Origin: Eledone cirrhosa | Lineage: Eukaryota | Reading direction: 5' to 3' | NCBI GenBank assembly: GCA_964016885.1 | Contig: OZ024764.1 | Location: forward strand, 25,978,001 to 26,042,000 | DNA length: 64,000 nt | Shown: positions 63,990 to 64,000 of the stretch, one piece after another | Numbering within the stretch: the stretch's first letter is position 1 | Layout: each line of letters starts with the position of its first letter | Notes under the pieces: generated by a model | What the model was told of the DNA's origin: nothing | Seen by the model: the letters and a program-made list of their open reading frames with translations, nothing else | Database searches by the model: none | Translations under genes and position numbers: made by a program

Positions 63990-64000
63990 TATATATTATA

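Overview
AT-rich, repeat-saturated animal DNA, most likely an octopod cephalopod. This is inferred from the dense (TA)n tracts, tRNA/CORE-type SINEs with RTE tails, TGEKP C2H2 fingers and a 71-72 bp satellite. Only two host-gene pieces are recognisable: the terminal LBD exon of an NR2C (TR2/TR4/HR78-type) nuclear receptor on the minus strand (17602-17932, apparently frameshifted at its acceptor) and a SINE-truncated three-finger C2H2 ZNF (23828-24211). The rest is LINE fragments (CR1, several RTE, Tx1/L1, CRE-like), three SINE families, a non-autonomous Helitron, piggyBac/hAT/mariner MITEs, many minisatellites, two foldback-arranged satellite arrays and local segmental duplications. The main unannotated signal is about 12 type I hammerhead ribozyme (HHR) motifs from several unrelated families. 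They lie in short non-coding elements, mostly embedded in (TA)n and often with an inverted arm, as in Penelope pLTRs or retrozymes. Two families carry a compensatory U3-A8 core (UUGANAA), and one has a 319-bp circularly permuted monomer. All folds and alignments were done by eye; element boundaries are approximate unless a TSD or TIR is quoted.
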